DNA of 64,000 nt from the NCBI RefSeq assembly GCF_056712565.1, contig NZ_CM160072.1; one strand, written 5' to 3'. The notes below the pieces were generated by a model. The model saw only the letters and a program-made list of their open reading frames with translations, was not told the origin of the DNA and made no database searches. Made by a program: the position numbers and the translations under genes. Below are positions 1 to 11,480 of the stretch, in pieces. The first letter of the stretch is position 1. Each line of letters opens with the position of its first letter.

Positions 1-32
1 GAAGGATGAAGTGTAAATAAAAAAGGAAGTGA

Positions 33-422
<390 letters not shown>

Positions 423-432
423 TTCTTTATTT

Positions 433-460
433 CCCTGTTGCCTGCACTCAGGTAACAGGG
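433..460. terminator. stem-loop between convergent cybC and nrdG (ccctgtt...aacaggg)
   Basis: inverted repeat seen directly in the intergenic sequence; likely bidirectional terminator. Confidence 0.5.
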
Positions 461-466
461 AACTTA

Positions 467-931
467 TCATCGCAAATGATGCACCACCTGATTGCTGCTG
501 CCGCGCCAGATCAGGGAAGGGTCTTTTAAATCCTGCACAAATTTGCCGTCGACCAGCACGTTAATCAAATCAACAACCTGCATTTGCGCAGCGTTGAGTT
601 CGTCGAGTTTATAGCCTGTCCACACCCAGATGTCTTTACCCGGACACTCGGCGCGGATGCGTTGTACCAGTTTCAGAATATCCGGCACGTTTTGCGGATG
701 TAGCGGATCGCCGCCGGAGAGGGAAATACCCTGGCGTTTGATACGAGTGTCATTCAGATCGTTAATGATCTGGTCTTCCATTGCTTTGGTAAATGGCTGA
801 CCGGAATTTACCCGCCAGGTGCTTTTGTTATAGCAACCGGGGCATTCATGAACACACCCGGAGACAAACAGGGTGCAGCGAGTGCCGGGGCCGTTGACGA
901 TGTCGACAGGATAGTACTGATGATAGTTCAT
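467..931 (-). CDS. nrdG: anaerobic ribonucleotide reductase activating protein (radical SAM)
   Basis: 154 aa; CxxxCxxC-type cysteine cluster (GCVHECPGCYNKSTW); directly downstream of nrdD. Confidence 0.93.
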   Translation of the reverse strand: MNYHQYYPVDIVNGPGTRCTLFVSGCVHECPGCYNKSTWRVNSGQPFTKAMEDQIINDLNDTRIKRQGISLSGGDPLHPQNVPDILKLVQRIRAECPGKDIWVWTGYKLDELNAAQMQVVDLINVLVDGKFVQDLKDPSLIWRGSSNQVVHHLR

Positions 932-949
932 TATTTCACTTGGCTTATC

Positions 950-1075
<126 letters not shown>

Positions 1076-1088
1076 CACAGAGTGAAGA

Positions 1089-3227
1089 TTAACCTATCTG
1101 CCCATTTCCCAAATGTTTAACGCGGCGCTTAACTTCTTCCTGCTTACCAGCGTTAAACGGACGTGCATCCGGGCTACCTAAATATCCGCACACGCGGCGA
1201 GTCACCGACACACGGGAGGTGTCATGGTTACCACATTTCGGACAAGTGAAGCCTTTGCTGGTGCACTCAAATTCGCCGGTAAAGCCACACTCGTAGCATT
1301 CATCGATCGGTGTGTTGGTGCCGTAATACGGTACATGCTGATAGCTGTAATCCCAGACATCTTCCAGCGCCTTCAGGTTGTGCTGAATGTTTGGATACTC
1401 GCCATAGCAAATGAAGCCACCGTTCGCCAGTGGCGGGTAAGGCGCTTCAAAGTCGATCTTGTCGTACGGGTTCACCTTCTTCTCCACATCGAGGTGGAAA
1501 CTGTTGGTGTAGTAACCTTTATCGGTCACGCCCGGCACCACGCCAAACTCAGCGGTATCGAGACGGCAGAAGCGGTCACACAGGTTCTCACTCGGCGTAC
1601 TGTAGAGGCTGAAACCGTAGCCAGTTTCTTCTTTCCACTGATCCACCGCCTGACGCAGACGCTCAACAATCGCAATACCTTTCGCGCGCAGCTGCTCGTT
1701 GTCGTAAACATGCTCGCCGCCGAACAGCGCGTTAATGGTTTCGTGGATGCCGATGTAACCCAGCGAAATAGACGCACGACCGTTTTTGAAGATTTCAGAA
1801 ACGTCGTCGTCAGCATTCAGACGCACGCCACAAGCGCCTTCCATATAGAGGATCGGGGCTACGCGCGCTTTCACGCCTTCGAGACGAGCGATACGGGTCA
1901 TCAGCGCCTTACGTGCCAACACCAGACGTTCATCCAGCAGCTTCCAGAAGGTGGCTTCATCGCCTTTTGCTTCCAGAGCAATACGCGGCAGGTTCAGGCT
2001 GATCACGCCGAGGTTGTTACGACCATCGTGGATCTGCTCGCCGTTTTCATTTTCCCACACGCCGAGGAAGCTGCGGCAGCCCATCGGGGTTTTAAACGAA
2101 CCGGTGACTTTCACTACCTGATCGTAGTTCAGGATATCCGGATACATGCGCTTGCTTGCGCACTCCAGCGCCAGCTGTTTGATGTCGTAGTTCGGATCGC
2201 CTTTTTTATGGTTCAGGCCATCGCGAATCGCAAACACCAGTTTCGGGAACACCGCCGTTTTACGGTTTTTACCGAGGCCTGCGATACGGTTACGCAGGAT
2301 CGATTCCTGAATCAGGCGCGATTCCCAGCTGGTGCCCAGACCAAAACCAAAGGTTACAAACGGCGTTTGACCGTTGGCGGTATGCAGGGTGTTTACTTCG
2401 TACTCCAGCGACTGGAAGGCATCGTAGCACTCTTTGATGGTACGAGAGTTAGCGTAGCCTTCGGCGTCCGGGATGTTCCACTCTTCTGCGGTCTTGCGAT
2501 GTTTGTTGTAGCTGGCGGTGACAAACGGTGCCAGCACTTCATCGATACGGTTAATGGTGGTGCCGCCATAAATATGGCTGGCGACCTGAGCAATAATCTG
2601 CGCAGTTACCGCGGTTGCCGTAGAGATCGACTTCGGCGGTTCAATCTCGGCGTTCCCCATTTTAAAGCCCTGGGTCAGCATGCCTTTCAGGTCGATCAAC
2701 ATGCAGTTGAACATCGGGAAGAACGGCGAGTAATCGAGATCGTGATAGTGAATATCGCCACGCTCATGTGCCTGCACCACGTCACGCGGCAGCAGGTGCT
2801 GGCGTGCATAGTGTTTAGCCACGATCCCGGCCAGCAGGTCGCGCTGGGTTGGAATCACCTTGCTGTCTTTGTTGGCGTTTTCGTTGAGTAACGAGGAGTT
2901 GGTCTGCTCGACCAGACCACGGATCTCCTGGTTCAGGCGACCGCGTTTTTCACGTTCAATGTCGCGATCGTGACGGTACTCGATGTAGGCACGAGCCAGT
3001 TGTTTGTATGGCCCCGACATCAGCTGGTTTTCAACTGCGGTCTGGATCTCATTGATATCCACTTGGTTGCGGCCCTGCATCTGCTCGCTGACAACCGCAG
3101 CAACAGTGGCGCAATAATCGGCATCATCGACTTCCGCTGCTTTAGCTGCACGCAGAATCGCTTCTTTGATGCGCTCTGATTTAAACGGCACTTTGCAGCC
3201 GTCTCGTTTCATCACATGCGGTGTCAT
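1089..3227 (-). CDS. nrdD: anaerobic ribonucleoside-triphosphate reductase (class III, glycyl radical)
   Basis: 712 aa; C-terminal glycyl-radical motif RVCGYLG and zinc-ribbon cysteines. Confidence 0.95.
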   Translation of the reverse strand: MTPHVMKRDGCKVPFKSERIKEAILRAAKAAEVDDADYCATVAAVVSEQMQGRNQVDINEIQTAVENQLMSGPYKQLARAYIEYRHDRDIEREKRGRLNQEIRGLVEQTNSSLLNENANKDSKVIPTQRDLLAGIVAKHYARQHLLPRDVVQAHERGDIHYHDLDYSPFFPMFNCMLIDLKGMLTQGFKMGNAEIEPPKSISTATAVTAQIIAQVASHIYGGTTINRIDEVLAPFVTASYNKHRKTAEEWNIPDAEGYANSRTIKECYDAFQSLEYEVNTLHTANGQTPFVTFGFGLGTSWESRLIQESILRNRIAGLGKNRKTAVFPKLVFAIRDGLNHKKGDPNYDIKQLALECASKRMYPDILNYDQVVKVTGSFKTPMGCRSFLGVWENENGEQIHDGRNNLGVISLNLPRIALEAKGDEATFWKLLDERLVLARKALMTRIARLEGVKARVAPILYMEGACGVRLNADDDVSEIFKNGRASISLGYIGIHETINALFGGEHVYDNEQLRAKGIAIVERLRQAVDQWKEETGYGFSLYSTPSENLCDRFCRLDTAEFGVVPGVTDKGYYTNSFHLDVEKKVNPYDKIDFEAPYPPLANGGFICYGEYPNIQHNLKALEDVWDYSYQHVPYYGTNTPIDECYECGFTGEFECTSKGFTCPKCGNHDTSRVSVTRRVCGYLGSPDARPFNAGKQEEVKRRVKHLGNGQIG

Positions 3228-3419
3228 GATCGCTCCATATTTTTAAGAACAGGTTATCCACAGAAATTGGGAAAGGCGTTTTCCGGTTTTTTCGTTTCGT
3301 TTTCCGGTGCTTTCCGCAATCGCCATCCGCTTATCCACAACGCCGCACCTTTTTCGTGGGGAGCTGTAGTAGCAATTATAGTCGATTAATACAACATATT
3401 GGGTTGGGACGCATTTTAA

Positions 3420-3480
3420 AGTCTATATATAGTGCTTTGCATCAAGGATGTTTGAACTTTTTTTGATGTAGCTCAAAGTA
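3420..3480 (-). promoter_or_regulatory. nrdDG promoter region with NrdR-box-like palindrome (ctatatatagtg) and FNR-like site (ttgatgtagctcaa)
   Basis: motifs seen in sequence upstream of nrdD; assignment rests on known anaerobic FNR and NrdR regulation of nrdDG. Confidence 0.4.
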
Positions 3481-3620
3481 AAAAGCAGAGCGTACGGATG
3501 ACGGGCGCTACAGCGATATGTAAATTTTTTAATGAATTTTTTGATTATAAAATCAACAAAAACAACATGCTGACAGGCAAAACCCCGGAATGACAGGCAT
3601 TACCGGGGCTTAGCGAAGAT

Positions 3621-5276
3621 TTACTTCTGTAACCACCAGACAGCCTCAAAAGGCCGTAAAGTCATGGCACAGGGTTGTGGTGAGGCTTCTTCGTAGTTAT
3701 GCATCACAAGCTGCCAGTTGCCGAGCATTTTCCCTGGCTGCCAGGGTTGGGTCTCACGGCTAAGGTTGGCAATGACCAGCAAGGTTTGCCCCTTCCACTC
3801 ACGGCGATAGCACCACAATACAGGGCTGTTTGGCAGCAGATCCTGGTAATCGCCCCATGTCAGGACGGCTTCTTGCTTACGCAGTGCGATTAACTTTTGG
3901 TAGGTGTAAAACACCGAGGACTCATCGGCCAGCGCTGCTTCTACGTTGATTTCCTGATAGTTATCGCCCAGGCCAATCCACGGTTCGCCAGCCGTAAACC
4001 CGGCATTATCGCCGTTGGTCCATTGCATGGGGGTGCGACTGTTGTCACGGGATTTACTGGCGAGGATTGCCAATAACTCGTCGGCATCACGCCCATCGTT
4101 GCGCAGCTCGGCAAACATATTGAGGCTCTCCACGTCGCGATAGTCAGTAATGCGCGTGAAATGTGGGTTGGTCATGCCAATCTCTTCGCCCTGGTAGATA
4201 TACGGCGTTCCCTGCATGCCATGCAGCACCATCGCCAGCATTTTTGCCGCAGGCACACGGTATTCACCTTCATCACCAAAGCGAGAAACAATGCGCGGCT
4301 GATCGTGGTTACACCAGAACAAGGCATTCCATGCCACGTTGTGCATTCCTTGTTGCCAGTGGCGGAACAATGTTTTCAACGCCACAAAGTCAGGTTTAGC
4401 CAGCGTCCATTTTTCACCACCGGGATAATCGACCTTCAGGTGATGAAAATTAAAGGTCATCGACAATTCACTGCCTGTCAGTGCCGCGTATCGCTGGCAA
4501 TGCTCAAGGCTGGTGGAGGACATTTCACCTACGGTCATTAACCCGCGTGGCGTAAACACATCGCGGTTCATCTCGTGCAAAAATTCGTGTGCTCGTGGCC
4601 CGTCGGTGTAGAAGCGACGCCCGTCGCCATCCAGGTCTTCAGGGTAACGCGGGTCTTTGGAGATCAGATTCACCACATCCAGGCGCAACCCGTCGACCCC
4701 ACGATTGGCCCAGAACTCACAGACTTTTTTCAGCTCTGCGCGTACCGCTGGATTCTCCCAGTTGAGATCCGCCTGTTCTGGTGCAAAGAGATGCAAATAG
4801 TACTGTTCGCTTTCCGCATGCCAGCGCCACGCACTACCACCGAATTTTGAACGCCAGTTGTTCGGTGGCGTTTCTGGTTCTCCATCGCGCCAGATATAAA
4901 ACTGGCGGTAAGGGCTTTCTTTGTTCAGCGCCTCGCGAAACCAGGCATGTTGGGTAGAGGTATGGTTAAACACCATATCGAGAATGATACGAATCCCACG
5001 CGATTTTGCCTGTGTCACCAGTTCGTCAAAATCGTCCAGCGTGCCATAGGTGGGATCAATCGCCGTATAATTCGCTACGTCGTAACCGTTATCGACCTGG
5101 GGAGAGACATAAAAGGGGGTTAGCCAGATGGCATCAACGCCCAGTTTATGCAGATAGTCCAGACGCTGGATAACGCCACGTAAATCGCCGGTGCCGCTAC
5201 CCGTGGTGTCCTGAAAACTCTTTGGATAAATCTGGTAGATAACGCCGTTTTGCCACCAGTGGGGAAGATGAGTCAT
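3621..5276 (-). CDS. treC: trehalose-6-phosphate hydrolase (GH13)
   Basis: GH13 alpha-glucosidase family sequence; start placed at MTHLPHWW (551 aa) rather than the longer ORF. Confidence 0.92.
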   Translation of the reverse strand: MTHLPHWWQNGVIYQIYPKSFQDTTGSGTGDLRGVIQRLDYLHKLGVDAIWLTPFYVSPQVDNGYDVANYTAIDPTYGTLDDFDELVTQAKSRGIRIILDMVFNHTSTQHAWFREALNKESPYRQFYIWRDGEPETPPNNWRSKFGGSAWRWHAESEQYYLHLFAPEQADLNWENPAVRAELKKVCEFWANRGVDGLRLDVVNLISKDPRYPEDLDGDGRRFYTDGPRAHEFLHEMNRDVFTPRGLMTVGEMSSTSLEHCQRYAALTGSELSMTFNFHHLKVDYPGGEKWTLAKPDFVALKTLFRHWQQGMHNVAWNALFWCNHDQPRIVSRFGDEGEYRVPAAKMLAMVLHGMQGTPYIYQGEEIGMTNPHFTRITDYRDVESLNMFAELRNDGRDADELLAILASKSRDNSRTPMQWTNGDNAGFTAGEPWIGLGDNYQEINVEAALADESSVFYTYQKLIALRKQEAVLTWGDYQDLLPNSPVLWCYRREWKGQTLLVIANLSRETQPWQPGKMLGNWQLVMHNYEEASPQPCAMTLRPFEAVWWLQK

Positions 5277-5325
5277 TACGTTATTCCTGCAAATGCGAGG
5301 GGGCGCAATTGCGCCCCGAAGAAAA

Positions 5326-6747
5326 TTAAACAATGTCCAGCGTGCCCAGGCGGTATTTCCGCTGATAGATAAACGAGGTGAGTACAATCGGGATGATGAT
5401 GGCGATAGCCATTGCCAGCGCAAACACCTGCCAGTAGCTCGGTTGAATCGAGAGAATTCCCGGCAGGCCGCCTACGCCGATGCCATTCGCCATAACGCCG
5501 TTCAGGCCGCATAGCAATCCTGCCAGACCAGAACCAATCATCGCGCACAGCATCGGGAAGCGATATTTCAGGTTGATGCCGTACATTGCAGGCTCAGTGA
5601 CCCCAAGCCAGGCGGAGATCGCCGCAGGCACGGAGATCTCGCGTTCATTGTGCTTGCGGCTGGAAATGATAATACCTATCACAGCGGAGCCCTGAGCGAT
5701 ATTCGACAGCGCAATCAGCGGCCACACTGGCGTGCCACCCATGCTTTGAATCATCTGCAAATCAATAGCAAGCGTGGTCTGGTGTACGCCGGTGATCACC
5801 AGCGGGGCGTACAGGAAGCCAAACAATGCCGCGCCAATCGGAGCAAAGCTGCCGGTCATCAGGTGACGTACCGCAAAGGCAACGCCATCGCCAATCATGC
5901 GACCAAACGGACCAATCAGCGCATGGGCGAGGAACACCGCGAGGATCAGCGAACAGACGGGCACCACCACCAGGTAGAGGTAATCCGGCACGATGCGCTT
6001 AAGACGAGTTTCAATAACGCCCAGCGCCAGCCCGGCTAACAGTGCCGGAATAACCTGTGCCTGATAGCCCACTTTGGCGATGCTGAACATGCCAAAGTTC
6101 CATACTTCCGGCAGCTGCTGCCCGAGCAGATAAGCGTTCATCAACTGTGGGGAAACCAGCGTCACGCCAAGCACGATACCGAGGATCGGTGTACCGCCCA
6201 TTTTTTTCACCGCTGACCAGCAAATCCCGACCGGCAGGTAGAAGAAGATCGCTTCACCGATCAACCACAGAAAATCGTAGATCGTTTGCAGGGAAGGGTA
6301 CATTTGCGCCAGCGTTTGACCGTTGCTCATGGGCAAATCGCCGATCACATTGCGAAAACCGAGGATCAAACCGCCGCTAATCAACGCGGGCAGCAACGGG
6401 AAGAAAATCTCCGCGAAATGAGAGATCAACTGCTCATGCCATTTCATATTCTGCCGGGCGGCTTTTTTTACCTGCTCTTTATCAACCTGCGCCTGTCCGG
6501 TTGACGCTATCAGTGCTTGATAGTAATCACCCACGTTGGTGCCAATCACCACCTGAAATTGCCCGGCATTGGTGAAACAGCCTTTCACCATGGGGAGTTG
6601 CTCAATTTCTTTCGGTCTGGCATTGGCCGGTTGGTTGAGGACAAAGCGCAGACGAGTAATACAGTGGCTCACCGTCGCAATATTGCCGCGCCCGCCGACC
6701 AGTTCAATCAACCGATCGATATCCGTTTGGTTTATTTTGCTCATCAT
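5326..6747 (-). CDS. treB: PTS trehalose-specific EIIBC component
   Basis: 473 aa; EIIB cysteine motif VSHCITRLRF followed by polytopic EIIC domain. Confidence 0.93.
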   Translation of the reverse strand: MMSKINQTDIDRLIELVGGRGNIATVSHCITRLRFVLNQPANARPKEIEQLPMVKGCFTNAGQFQVVIGTNVGDYYQALIASTGQAQVDKEQVKKAARQNMKWHEQLISHFAEIFFPLLPALISGGLILGFRNVIGDLPMSNGQTLAQMYPSLQTIYDFLWLIGEAIFFYLPVGICWSAVKKMGGTPILGIVLGVTLVSPQLMNAYLLGQQLPEVWNFGMFSIAKVGYQAQVIPALLAGLALGVIETRLKRIVPDYLYLVVVPVCSLILAVFLAHALIGPFGRMIGDGVAFAVRHLMTGSFAPIGAALFGFLYAPLVITGVHQTTLAIDLQMIQSMGGTPVWPLIALSNIAQGSAVIGIIISSRKHNEREISVPAAISAWLGVTEPAMYGINLKYRFPMLCAMIGSGLAGLLCGLNGVMANGIGVGGLPGILSIQPSYWQVFALAMAIAIIIPIVLTSFIYQRKYRLGTLDIV

Positions 6748-6865
6748 AAAGCCCCATGGCAGATGACATTTTTGGTTGGCTGCAGAATATATTGCGCGGA
6801 AAAATTTAAAAACGGGAACGTTCCCGAAACGCAGCGAAGATCACAATTTATCGTTCAGGAAACGA

Positions 6866-7813
6866 TCAGGACAGGGTGGCGGGGATGATGATTTGTTGCG
6901 GTTCGCTGCGCCCGGTGACCTGCGCGATCAACTGGCAGGCCGCCTGGCGTCCAGCTTCGGCGTAACCGGGATCTACGGTGACGATCTCCGGATGGAGGAA
7001 TTTCATTAACGGTGTATTACCGACGCTCGCCAGTTGCAAGGTGTCGATGCGTTGCTCTTGCAGGTATTTACTTGCGCCAAGTGCCAGCGTGTCGGTTGCG
7101 CACAGTAACGCGGTAGTTTCAGGCGTAATCACTTTTGCTACGTTCTCATAGCCTTGCTTCATAGCAAGCCCTGGCAGAGCGGCAACGGGATGCAATTTAT
7201 GCGCTTTGCAGAACGCCAGGTAGGCTTCGTGACGTCGCTTACCGGTCGTCACGTCACTATGCGGCACGCCGAGATAACTGATATTACGATGCCCCTGGTC
7301 ATACAGCCGTTGCATCAGGATCTTGATTGCCCCTTCGTCGTCATAACAGACCGAAGCAAAGCCTTTTGCGTCACGCGCCAGCAGAACCAGCGATGACTGC
7401 CAGTGGGCTAACATTTCTTCTGTTATGCCGGTAAAACCGAACAGCACTACGCCGTCGATATTACGCCGTTTCAGGACCCCCAAATGTTCGGCAACTAATT
7501 GTGGGGAAAACTGACTTTCCATCATGATTGGATCGTAACCTTGTTCATAGAACGCTGGCAGCATGGTTTGAACGGCGAGATTTTCTGACAACGAATCCAG
7601 ACGGGTAACAATGATGGCGACCACTTTATCGCTTTGCCCACGCATAGCGCGCGCAGAGCGGGAAGGGGAAAATCCATGCTGATTCATCACTGCTTCAACA
7701 CGCTCGCGCGTGCGCTGGCTCACGCCGCTTTCGTTATTCAGCACCCGGGAAACCGTAGATTTCCCCACGCCGCTTAAGCGCGCGATGTCTTTGATGGTCA
7801 GCCGATTTTGCAT
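6866..7813 (-). CDS. treR: trehalose operon repressor (LacI family)
   Basis: 315 aa; N-terminal HTH (IKDIARLSGVGKSTVSRVLN) and periplasmic-binding-like effector domain. Confidence 0.92.
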   Translation of the reverse strand: MQNRLTIKDIARLSGVGKSTVSRVLNNESGVSQRTRERVEAVMNQHGFSPSRSARAMRGQSDKVVAIIVTRLDSLSENLAVQTMLPAFYEQGYDPIMMESQFSPQLVAEHLGVLKRRNIDGVVLFGFTGITEEMLAHWQSSLVLLARDAKGFASVCYDDEGAIKILMQRLYDQGHRNISYLGVPHSDVTTGKRRHEAYLAFCKAHKLHPVAALPGLAMKQGYENVAKVITPETTALLCATDTLALGASKYLQEQRIDTLQLASVGNTPLMKFLHPEIVTVDPGYAEAGRQAACQLIAQVTGRSEPQQIIIPATLS

Positions 7814-7997
7814 CCTGTTGTCCCATAACGTGTTGTTTAATTATTTGAGCCTAACTTTACCTGTGCATTCAGCAATGGGTAAAGTCTGGTTTATCGTTGG
7901 TTTAGTTGCCAGCAGGTATTATATCGCCATAAATGCTACGAATATTATTGGATTCTCCTTATTATTTGCGGCGCTTTTTTCACTTACCGGAGGTTAT

Positions 7998-8051
7998 ATG
8001 GAACCTGATCCCACGCCTCTCCCTCGACGGAGATTAAAACTTTTCCGGTAA
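7998..8051 (+). CDS. mgtL: mgtA leader peptide (proline-rich, 17 aa)
   Basis: [17 protein letters not shown] short ORF in the mgtA 5' leader; embedded in an artefactual longer six-frame ORF. Confidence 0.8.
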
Positions 8052-8191
8052 GCCCGTCTTTTCACGGCGTTACCGGATGCGTAAGGCCGTGACGTTTTAA
8101 CGTCCCTGCTCAGCTTTATTACCTTCAGGTAAGGCTTCGCCACGCCTGAAGACATTTCTGTACTGTTTCAGACAGTGCGGAGGGACTCCTT
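8052..8191 (+). promoter_or_regulatory. mgtA 5' leader (Mg2+/proline-responsive attenuation region)
   Basis: position between mgtL and mgtA; established knowledge of the mgtA leader. Confidence 0.5.
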
Positions 8192-10888
8192 ATGTTTAAA
8201 GAAATTTTTACCCGGCTCATTCGCCATTTACCTTCCCGTCTGGTTCATCGTGATCCATTGCCTGGCGCGCAGCAGACAGTGAATGCGGCGGTCCCGCCTT
8301 CTTTAAGTGCGCATTGCCTGAAAATGGCGGTGATGCCCGAAGAAGAATTGTGGAAAACGTTCGACACCCATCCGGAAGGGTTAAATCTGGCGGAAGTGGA
8401 ATCTGCCCGCGAACAACATGGTGAAAATAAATTACCCGCACAACAACCGTCGCCGTGGTGGGTACATTTATGGGTCTGCTATCGCAACCCCTTTAATATT
8501 TTGCTCACCATTCTTGGTGCTATTTCTTACGCCACGGAAGATTTATTTGCCGCAGGTGTTATCGCGCTAATGGTCGCTATTTCTACGTTGCTGAACTTTA
8601 TTCAGGAAGCTCGTTCCACCAAAGCGGCAGATGCCCTGAAAGCGATGGTCAGTAATACCGCGACGGTACTGCGAGTAATTAACGACAAAGGCGAAAATGG
8701 CTGGCTGGAGATCCCGATCGACCAGCTGGTGCCCGGCGATATTATAAAACTGGCGGCAGGGGATATGATCCCGGCAGATTTACGTATCTTGCAGGCGCGG
8801 GATCTGTTCGTCGCTCAGGCGTCGTTAACCGGTGAGTCTCTGCCCGTGGAAAAAGCCGCTACTACTCGCCAGCCGGAGCACAGCAATCCGCTGGAGTGCG
8901 ACACCCTGTGTTTTATGGGCACCACCGTGGTGAGCGGCACGGCACAAGCAATGGTGATTGCTACAGGAGCCAACACCTGGTTTGGTCAACTGGCGGGGCG
9001 TGTTAGTGAGCAGGAAAGCGAGCCGAATGCCTTTCAGCAAGGGATCAGCCGCGTCAGTATGCTGCTGATTCGCTTTATGCTGGTGATGGCTCCGGTGGTG
9101 TTGCTTATCAACGGTTACACCAAAGGCGACTGGTGGGAAGCGGCACTGTTCGCACTTTCGGTCGCGGTAGGCTTAACGCCAGAAATGTTGCCGATGATTG
9201 TTACCTCGACGCTGGCGCGTGGCGCAGTCAAGTTGTCGAAACAGAAAGTGATCGTCAAACATCTGGATGCCATTCAGAACTTTGGCGCAATGGATATTCT
9301 GTGCACTGATAAAACCGGCACCCTGACACAGGATAAAATTGTGCTGGAGAATCATACCGATATCTCCGGTAAAACTAGCGAACGCGTGCTGCATAGCGCG
9401 TGGTTGAACAGCCATTACCAGACCGGGCTTAAAAACCTGCTTGATACAGCGGTGCTCGAAGGTACGGATGAAGAGTCAGCGCGCTCGCTGGCCAGCCGTT
9501 GGCAAAAAATTGATGAGATTCCATTTGATTTCGAGCGTCGTCGGATGTCGGTGGTTGTGGCAGAAAATACCGAACACCATCAGTTGGTTTGCAAAGGCGC
9601 ATTGCAGGAAATCCTCAATGTGTGTTCGCAAGTGCGTCACAATGGCGAGATTGTACCGCTCGATGACACCATGCTGCGTAAGATTAAGCGGGTTACTGAT
9701 ACGCTGAATCGTCAGGGGCTGCGCGTGGTTGCGGTGGCGACGAAATACCTGCCAGCGCGTGAAGGAGATTACCAGCGGGCGGATGAATCCGACCTGATCC
9801 TCGAAGGATATATTGCTTTCCTTGATCCGCCAAAAGAGACAACAGCTCCGGCACTGAAGGCATTAAAAGCGAGTGGAATTACCGTAAAAATCCTTACTGG
9901 CGACAGTGAGTTGGTTGCAGCGAAAGTGTGCCATGAAGTGGGGCTGGACGCGGGAGAGGTGGTCATTGGTAGTGATATTGAAACGCTATCTGACGACGAA
10001 CTGGCAAATCTCGCACAGCGCACCACGCTGTTTGCTCGTCTGACGCCGATGCATAAAGAACGCATCGTAACGTTGCTGAAGCGCGAAGGGCATGTGGTTG
10101 GCTTTATGGGCGATGGTATTAATGATGCGCCCGCCTTGCGCGCTGCGGATATCGGCATTTCTGTGGACGGCGCGGTAGATATTGCCCGTGAAGCGGCTGA
10201 TATCATCCTGCTGGAAAAAAGCCTGATGGTGCTGGAAGAGGGGGTTATTGAGGGACGTCGCACTTTCGCCAACATGCTGAAATACATCAAAATGACGGCG
10301 AGCTCTAACTTCGGTAATGTGTTCAGCGTGCTGGTGGCGAGTGCTTTCTTGCCCTTCCTGCCGATGTTGCCGCTACACTTGCTTATTCAAAATCTGCTGT
10401 ACGATGTGTCACAGGTGGCGATCCCATTTGATAACGTCGACGACGAGCAAATTCAAAAGCCGCAGCGTTGGAATCCGGCGGATCTGGGGCGCTTTATGGT
10501 CTTCTTCGGACCGATCAGCTCGATTTTCGATATTCTGACGTTTTGCCTGATGTGGTGGGTATTCCATGCCAACACGCCGGAAACGCAAACGCTGTTCCAG
10601 TCGGGCTGGTTTGTGGTGGGCTTACTGTCGCAAACGCTGATTGTGCATATGATCCGCACCCGTCGTGTACCGTTTATTCAGAGCTGTGCATCGTGGCCGT
10701 TAATGATTATGACCGTGATCGTGATGATTGTCGGGATCGCATTGCCGTTTTCACCGCTGGCCAGTTATCTGCAGCTGCAGGCGCTGCCGTTAAGCTATTT
10801 CCCGTGGCTGGTTGCGATTCTGGCAGGGTATATGACGTTAACCCAGTTGGTGAAAGGGTTCTATAGCCGTCGTTACGGTTGGCAGTAA
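8192..10888 (+). CDS. mgtA: Mg2+-importing P-type ATPase
   Basis: 898 aa; phosphorylation motif DKTGTLT and hinge motif GDGINDAPAL. Confidence 0.95.
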   Translation: MFKEIFTRLIRHLPSRLVHRDPLPGAQQTVNAAVPPSLSAHCLKMAVMPEEELWKTFDTHPEGLNLAEVESAREQHGENKLPAQQPSPWWVHLWVCYRNPFNILLTILGAISYATEDLFAAGVIALMVAISTLLNFIQEARSTKAADALKAMVSNTATVLRVINDKGENGWLEIPIDQLVPGDIIKLAAGDMIPADLRILQARDLFVAQASLTGESLPVEKAATTRQPEHSNPLECDTLCFMGTTVVSGTAQAMVIATGANTWFGQLAGRVSEQESEPNAFQQGISRVSMLLIRFMLVMAPVVLLINGYTKGDWWEAALFALSVAVGLTPEMLPMIVTSTLARGAVKLSKQKVIVKHLDAIQNFGAMDILCTDKTGTLTQDKIVLENHTDISGKTSERVLHSAWLNSHYQTGLKNLLDTAVLEGTDEESARSLASRWQKIDEIPFDFERRRMSVVVAENTEHHQLVCKGALQEILNVCSQVRHNGEIVPLDDTMLRKIKRVTDTLNRQGLRVVAVATKYLPAREGDYQRADESDLILEGYIAFLDPPKETTAPALKALKASGITVKILTGDSELVAAKVCHEVGLDAGEVVIGSDIETLSDDELANLAQRTTLFARLTPMHKERIVTLLKREGHVVGFMGDGINDAPALRAADIGISVDGAVDIAREAADIILLEKSLMVLEEGVIEGRRTFANMLKYIKMTASSNFGNVFSVLVASAFLPFLPMLPLHLLIQNLLYDVSQVAIPFDNVDDEQIQKPQRWNPADLGRFMVFFGPISSIFDILTFCLMWWVFHANTPETQTLFQSGWFVVGLLSQTLIVHMIRTRRVPFIQSCASWPLMIMTVIVMIVGIALPFSPLASYLQLQALPLSYFPWLVAILAGYMTLTQLVKGFYSRRYGWQ

Positions 10889-10899
10889 AGAATAAACTG

Positions 10900-11090
10900 G
10901 GCATGGTGGCCCGGAATCAGATTGCAGACAAAGTGAGCTTTGTTCATGCCGGATGCGGCGTAAATGCCTTATCAGGCCTACAAATTCAATAAATTGCAGG
11001 AATCACGTAGGCCTGATAAGCGTAGCGCATCAGGCAATTTTGCGTTTGTCATTAGACTTAATCCGGGCATGATAGCCCGGATTTCCATCA
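10900..11090. repeat. REP element cluster
   Basis: gccggatgcggcgtaaatgccttatcaggcctac and aggcctgataagcgtagcgcatcaggc palindromic units. Confidence 0.7.
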
Positions 11091-11093
11091 AGA

Positions 11094-11480
11094 TTAGCGA
11101 CGAACAGCGATCGCTTCGATCTCAATCTTCACGTCTTTCGGCAGACGAGCAACTTCAACGCAAGAACGTGCCGGGAAGGTGGCGTTGTGTTCGGTGAAAA
11201 AGGCTTCGTAGGTAGCATTAACGGTTGCGAAGTCGTTCAGATCTTTCACAAACACGGTGGTTTTAACGATATCGCCCACTTTCAGGCCAGCGGCTTCGAC
11301 GATCGCTTTTACGTTATCCAGCGACTGACGTGCCTGTGCAGCGACATCTGCCGGGACTTCGCCCGTTTTCGGGTTTACCGGGATCTGACCGGAAGTGATA
11401 ATCATATTGCCCAGATCAACGCCCTGCACGTAAGGACCGATAGCTGCCGGTGCATTTTCCGTCGCGATAGTTTTGCTCAT
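11094..11480 (-). CDS. ridA: enamine/imine deaminase (YjgF/RidA family)
   Basis: 128 aa from MSKTIATENAP; the six-frame ORF is extended upstream into the pyrI tail. Confidence 0.9.
   Translation of the reverse strand: MSKTIATENAPAAIGPYVQGVDLGNMIITSGQIPVNPKTGEVPADVAAQARQSLDNVKAIVEAAGLKVGDIVKTTVFVKDLNDFATVNATYEAFFTEHNATFPARSCVEVARLPKDVKIEIEAIAVRR

Noticed and set aside
1224-2891. 555-aa ORF on the + strand, fully antisense to nrdD
   Set aside because: Embedded in the opposite strand of a well-supported gene; low-complexity, Arg/Val-rich translation typical of antisense frames in GC-rich codon-biased genes; no RBS or start context
7710-8051. 113-aa ORF upstream of mgtA
   Set aside because: Only the last 17 codons (mgtL, from ATG 7998) are a credible coding sequence; the long ORF begins inside treR on the opposite strand
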